Of a stretch of 64,000 nt of DNA, positions 60,410 to 64,000 are shown piece after piece. Source of the stretch: an uncultured bacterium (GTDB taxonomy: Bacteria > Babelota > Babeliae > Babelales > Vermiphilaceae); the NCBI GenBank assembly GCA_963695335.1, contig OY968764.1:544001-608000 (forward strand). Direction: 5' to 3'. Position numbers and translations under genes: made by a program. The notes beneath the pieces were generated by a model, which did not search any database, was not told where the DNA came from, and saw nothing but the letters and a program-made list of their open reading frames with translations. The number at the start of each line of letters is the position of its first letter. Position 1 is the first letter of the stretch.

Positions 60410-61435
60410 TTATTTTTTACTATATTTTTTCTGTTTTTTTGCTTGTTTTTCTGCATCTATTTTTTCTTGAAGACGCGCATTCTGTCTTTTTTGTATTGCA
60501 TCTTGAATGCGTTTAACATCTTTGTTTACTGTAAGTGGTGTTTGTCCCTTGTTATTAGCTATTTCAGGATTTGCTCCTGCATGTAGAAGAATAAAAATAC
60601 ATCCTGATTGAAGATGTTTGTTTTCTTTTGATAAACATGTGGCCATGAGGGCAGTGTTTCCATGATTGTCTTGCAGATCAATATGTATGTTTGGAGATTT
60701 GCAGAGCAATTGGAGCACTGCTGGATTATCGTTAGTGTATGCGCATGCTATAAGAGCTGTTTCATTGTAAGCATTTTGATAGTTTATATTCACCTTATTG
60801 GTTGCAAGTAAGGATTCAATTTTAACTGCTTTATAAGGGCTTTCATACAGTGCGCTATTAATGAGTAATGTGCTTTGATCGTCGTAGCGGGTGTGGTTTG
60901 AGTGTTGGTAGGTAAAGTTTAAATCTACGTAATTTTTATACTGATCATATAAATCTTCAAATTTTTCTACGTCAAAATCCCATTGCGCAAATAAGGTTTT
61001 AAATGTTTTTTGAATAGCAAGACGATGCTGTGCTTCTTTGGTTTGTAATGCTTGTGTTGCTATTTCATCTGAACAATGAAATCGTTGAGCAAGGTGCTTG
61101 ATCAGTTTAAAACAAAACGATGGTTTATTAATAAGTGTATTCAATTGTATATTGATTTTTGTGAGTGAATTAATCGCATCTGCTGAAGATTCTAGTGTGG
61201 ATGCGGTATTGTTTTTAGTAAGAAAGAAAAGTGTTTTTGCTTGTTCTTCTGATGGTAAATATTCAAATTTTGGATCCTGATGTAAAAAATGTTCAAGTGG
61301 TTTTGTGCCGTGCAAAAGAGCATCAGTAACAAAAGTTAACCAGCCATTGTTACCATTCTTATTTTCTGGTTCCATGCCAAAGGCAGTGGATGTAGATGTA
61401 ATGAGAAGTAGGATCAGAATACTATTTTTTTTCAT
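60410..61435 (-). CDS. Secreted F-box-like + ankyrin protein
   Basis: FEYLPSEEQ; NETALIACA, GNTALMATC, GQTPL. Confidence 0.82.
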   Translation of the reverse strand: MKKNSILILLLITSTSTAFGMEPENKNGNNGWLTFVTDALLHGTKPLEHFLHQDPKFEYLPSEEQAKTLFFLTKNNTASTLESSADAINSLTKINIQLNTLINKPSFCFKLIKHLAQRFHCSDEIATQALQTKEAQHRLAIQKTFKTLFAQWDFDVEKFEDLYDQYKNYVDLNFTYQHSNHTRYDDQSTLLINSALYESPYKAVKIESLLATNKVNINYQNAYNETALIACAYTNDNPAVLQLLCKSPNIHIDLQDNHGNTALMATCLSKENKHLQSGCIFILLHAGANPEIANNKGQTPLTVNKDVKRIQDAIQKRQNARLQEKIDAEKQAKKQKKYSKK

Positions 61436-62288
61436 GTTTTTTATCTATTGCATTTTGAATAAGATTAATAATTTCTTCATTACCAACTCTTTGTGCATCT
61501 TGTAGTGCTGTGCGGCCATCATTAGCGGTAATTTCTGGATCTGCGCCGGAGTTAAGAAGAAGTTCTGTCATTAATTCACCATAACGGTTCATTGTGAAAA
61601 AGAGAGCAGTACGTCCCCGCTTATTTTGTTGATTTATTTTAATATTAGGATTGTTTAAAAGGCATTTGACTGCATTTATTGCTCGCATAAAAGTAGCAAT
61701 CATTAAAGCTGTTGTTCCATTTTTATTAGCTTTATTAATATCTGCCCCATGATCGAGAAGTGTTCGAATGAGAGGACAATTATTGTTCTGTGCTGCTATG
61801 AATAATAGGGTTATGTTCTCTTTATCGGTGAAATTTAAATCTACGTAACCTTTATATTTTTTATAGAGATCATTAAATTTTTGTTCATTAAAATTTTCTT
61901 CTTCACATAGATTGTAAAATTTTTTTTGAATTTTTAGACGTTTCTTTGCTTCTTGTGTTTGCAGCGCTTCAGCTGCTTCTTGGTCAGAGCATTTAAATTG
62001 TTGTGCGAGGTTTTTTATAAATCTAAAACAAAATTGAGGATCATTGATTAATTCATGTAATTCTGGGCTTGTTTGTGCAAGAGCATTAATCATTTTTCCG
62101 GCTTCTTGTACTGTTTTTGTTGTGCTAGTTTTTGTAAGTAAATTGATCATGTAAGCATACATTTCAAGAGGAAGTTCTGCAGATACAGATGGCTCTTCTG
62201 GTTCCATGGTGTGTGTTTTGTGGGTATTAAAAGTTGTAGAAAGCAACAACAGTGCGTAAAATAAACTTGTTTTTTTGAATGTCTTCAT
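61422..62288 (-). CDS. Secreted F-box-like + ankyrin protein (alternative start 62309)
   Basis: ELPLEMYAYMI; GTTALMIA, GRTALF, GRTAL. Confidence 0.85.
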   Translation of the reverse strand: MKTFKKTSLFYALLLLSTTFNTHKTHTMEPEEPSVSAELPLEMYAYMINLLTKTSTTKTVQEAGKMINALAQTSPELHELINDPQFCFRFIKNLAQQFKCSDQEAAEALQTQEAKKRLKIQKKFYNLCEEENFNEQKFNDLYKKYKGYVDLNFTDKENITLLFIAAQNNNCPLIRTLLDHGADINKANKNGTTALMIATFMRAINAVKCLLNNPNIKINQQNKRGRTALFFTMNRYGELMTELLLNSGADPEITANDGRTALQDAQRVGNEEIINLIQNAIDKKHEKK

Positions 62289-62289
62289 C

Positions 62290-63357
62290 TTATTTCCCTT
62301 GTTTTTCATGTTTTTTCTCTATTGCTTCTTGAATAAAATCAATAATTCTTTGGTAACCTCCTGCCTGGGCTGCTTGTAGAGGAGTAAGTTTTTTATGGTT
62401 AGCGAGCTCAGGGTCAGCACTGGCTTCAATGAGAAATTCTACATTCTTGAAGTTGTAATTGTTGTTGCTGCTATTTTCAATGGCATATATTAAGGCAGTA
62501 TTGCCAATTTCATCTTGTTGATTGATGTTGAGCTTTGGAGAAGCAAGTAGTGCTTTAATTGCTGACATATGTGAGTTAACTACTGAGTATTCTGCTGCAA
62601 GCATCAAGGCAGTTTTTCCCTTATCGGTTGTTTGATTTATATTGCTTCCTTGTTTGAGTAATAGATTAATTACGGATGTTTGGGGATTTACTGATGCGAT
62701 CATTAATGGAGTAAGGAATTTTTCTGCGAAGTACTTACTTTGTGTGGGGTTATTATAGGTAAATTCTAAATCAAAGCCGTCTTGACATACATATTTGAGG
62801 TTATTTCGTATTGGATTGTTGGATTCGCTCTGGATTATTTGAATGAAGCGTTTTTGAATGGCGAGACGATTTTTTGCTTCTTTTGTTTGTAATATTTCTG
62901 CAGCAGTTTCATTTGAACAGTTAAATTTTTGTGAAAGAGTTTTAATGGTTTTTAGACAAAAATTAGGATCATTAATTAATGTATTTAATTCTTTATTTAC
63001 TTGGGCAAGAGCATTAATTGCTTGTGCAGCTTCTTTTAATGATGTGGCGGTTACTCCTGCAAAAAGCAATGAGGTGATTACTGCTTGTACATCTTGTGGT
63101 AATTCAGTAAAACGGAATGGTTCGATTGGTTGTTCTTGCTCTGCATGGATATACGATAAAAACTGTTGATATGCTGCATATCCACCAATAATAACGCCAC
63201 CGGCAAGTGCTACCCAACCTACTTTTTTTACATCTTCTGGTTCCATGGTGTATGTTTTATGGGTATTAAAAGCGGCAGAAAGCAGCAATAGTGTGTAAAA
63301 TAAGCCTGTTCTTCGTAGCTTTAGCGCAGTAGAACTTGTTTTTTTGAGTGTTTTCAT
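62290..63357 (-). CDS. Secreted F-box-like + ankyrin protein
   Basis: FTELPQDVQAVI; LTPLMIAS, GKTALMLAA, GNTALIYA. Confidence 0.85.
   Translation of the reverse strand: MKTLKKTSSTALKLRRTGLFYTLLLLSAAFNTHKTYTMEPEDVKKVGWVALAGGVIIGGYAAYQQFLSYIHAEQEQPIEPFRFTELPQDVQAVITSLLFAGVTATSLKEAAQAINALAQVNKELNTLINDPNFCLKTIKTLSQKFNCSNETAAEILQTKEAKNRLAIQKRFIQIIQSESNNPIRNNLKYVCQDGFDLEFTYNNPTQSKYFAEKFLTPLMIASVNPQTSVINLLLKQGSNINQTTDKGKTALMLAAEYSVVNSHMSAIKALLASPKLNINQQDEIGNTALIYAIENSSNNNYNFKNVEFLIEASADPELANHKKLTPLQAAQAGGYQRIIDFIQEAIEKKHEKQGK
63304..63333. repeat. 30-bp family-B insertion in leader coding sequence
   Basis: gcctgttcttcgtagctttagcgcagtaga absent from the paralogue at 62261-62270. Confidence 0.85.
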
Positions 63358-63513
63358 GGTACTTCCTTTTTTATGGATCTATTCACCCTTTAGATTATAC
63401 GATTCATTTTCATTTAGTCAATAATACAAAGAATAATCAGAGGGAGAGCTCGGTAGGATCGTTGCTGTGGGGTATCCAGATAGAAATTTTTATGGTAAGA
63501 TTATTTTAAATTA

Positions 63514-63553
63514 CCGCTCAAGGATATCCTTCGACAGGCTCAGGACGAGCGGG
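63514..63553. repeat. Family-A repeat (reverse)
   Basis: ccgctcaaggatatccttcgacaggctcaggacgagcggg. Confidence 0.9.
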
Positions 63554-63614
63554 CGGTGGCTAAATTAAGAAAAAATGGGGTAAAAGTGCCAGTTTTTGTG
63601 ATAGGAAAAAGATT

Positions 63615-64000
63615 ATGATTAATGGATATAACGTTTGTTTGGCGATGGTTACGCAGGTCATTTTTGATGATGTTTCCTTTGTTTTTGATCAAGACCAGCG
63701 TATTGGCCTGGTCGGGCGTAATGGTGCAGGCAAATCAACTTTATTAAAGGTTATTGCGGGTCAACAGCAATTGGATAAAGGTTCTGTTGCCATTCAAAAG
63801 GGTAAAACCATAGCATATCTCTCACAAGACGTGGTGCTCCAGTCAGATAAATCCATTGTGGAAGAAACATATACTGCCTTTGCTCATATCGCAGGACTCA
63901 TAGAAGAACAGCAGAAAATTGAAGAGCAGCTTGATAAGGGTGAAGCAACGGACGATCTTCTTGAGCGTTACGCAGATGTTTGTGAAAAACTGTTGGACGT
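63615..64000 (+). CDS. ABC-F family ATPase (partial)
   Basis: Manual translation MINGYNV...FDDVSF...[21 protein letters not shown]...IAYLSQD. Confidence 0.92.
   Translation, partial: MINGYNVCLAMVTQVIFDDVSFVFDQDQRIGLVGRNGAGKSTLLKVIAGQQQLDKGSVAIQKGKTIAYLSQDVVLQSDKSIVEETYTAFAHIAGLIEEQQKIEEQLDKGEATDDLLERYADVCEKLLD

Overview
AT-rich bacterial chromosome segment, most likely from an intracellular protist parasite of the Babelota/Dependentiae (TM6) type (inferred from gene content, not proven). Housekeeping genes (tmk, rpoD, dnaG, lgt, mnmG, mraY, tgt, murB, trhO, pheT, lspA, sbcD, glmU, mreB, rsmA, uppS) alternate with tandem arrays of signal-peptide-bearing effector-like paralogues (WD40-like, ankyrin, macrodomain-like, papain-like; many with F-box-like motifs and a Met-Glu at the predicted mature N-terminus). 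Highlights: (1) a small GIY-YIG nuclease gene tightly bracketed by inverted copies of a modular palindromic repeat that occurs about 25 times in the window, nests inside related modules, carries DNA-type GNA hairpin motifs and is inserted in frame into pheT, dnaG and two other genes; (2) a ~265-nt structured ncRNA candidate with its own -10 box and terminator that resembles a circularly permuted raiA-motif RNA; (3) an IS200 insertion whose removal restores a macrodomain/F-box gene; (4) a single-base frameshift in rpoD. No tRNA, rRNA or CRISPR array seen. All alignments were done by eye.
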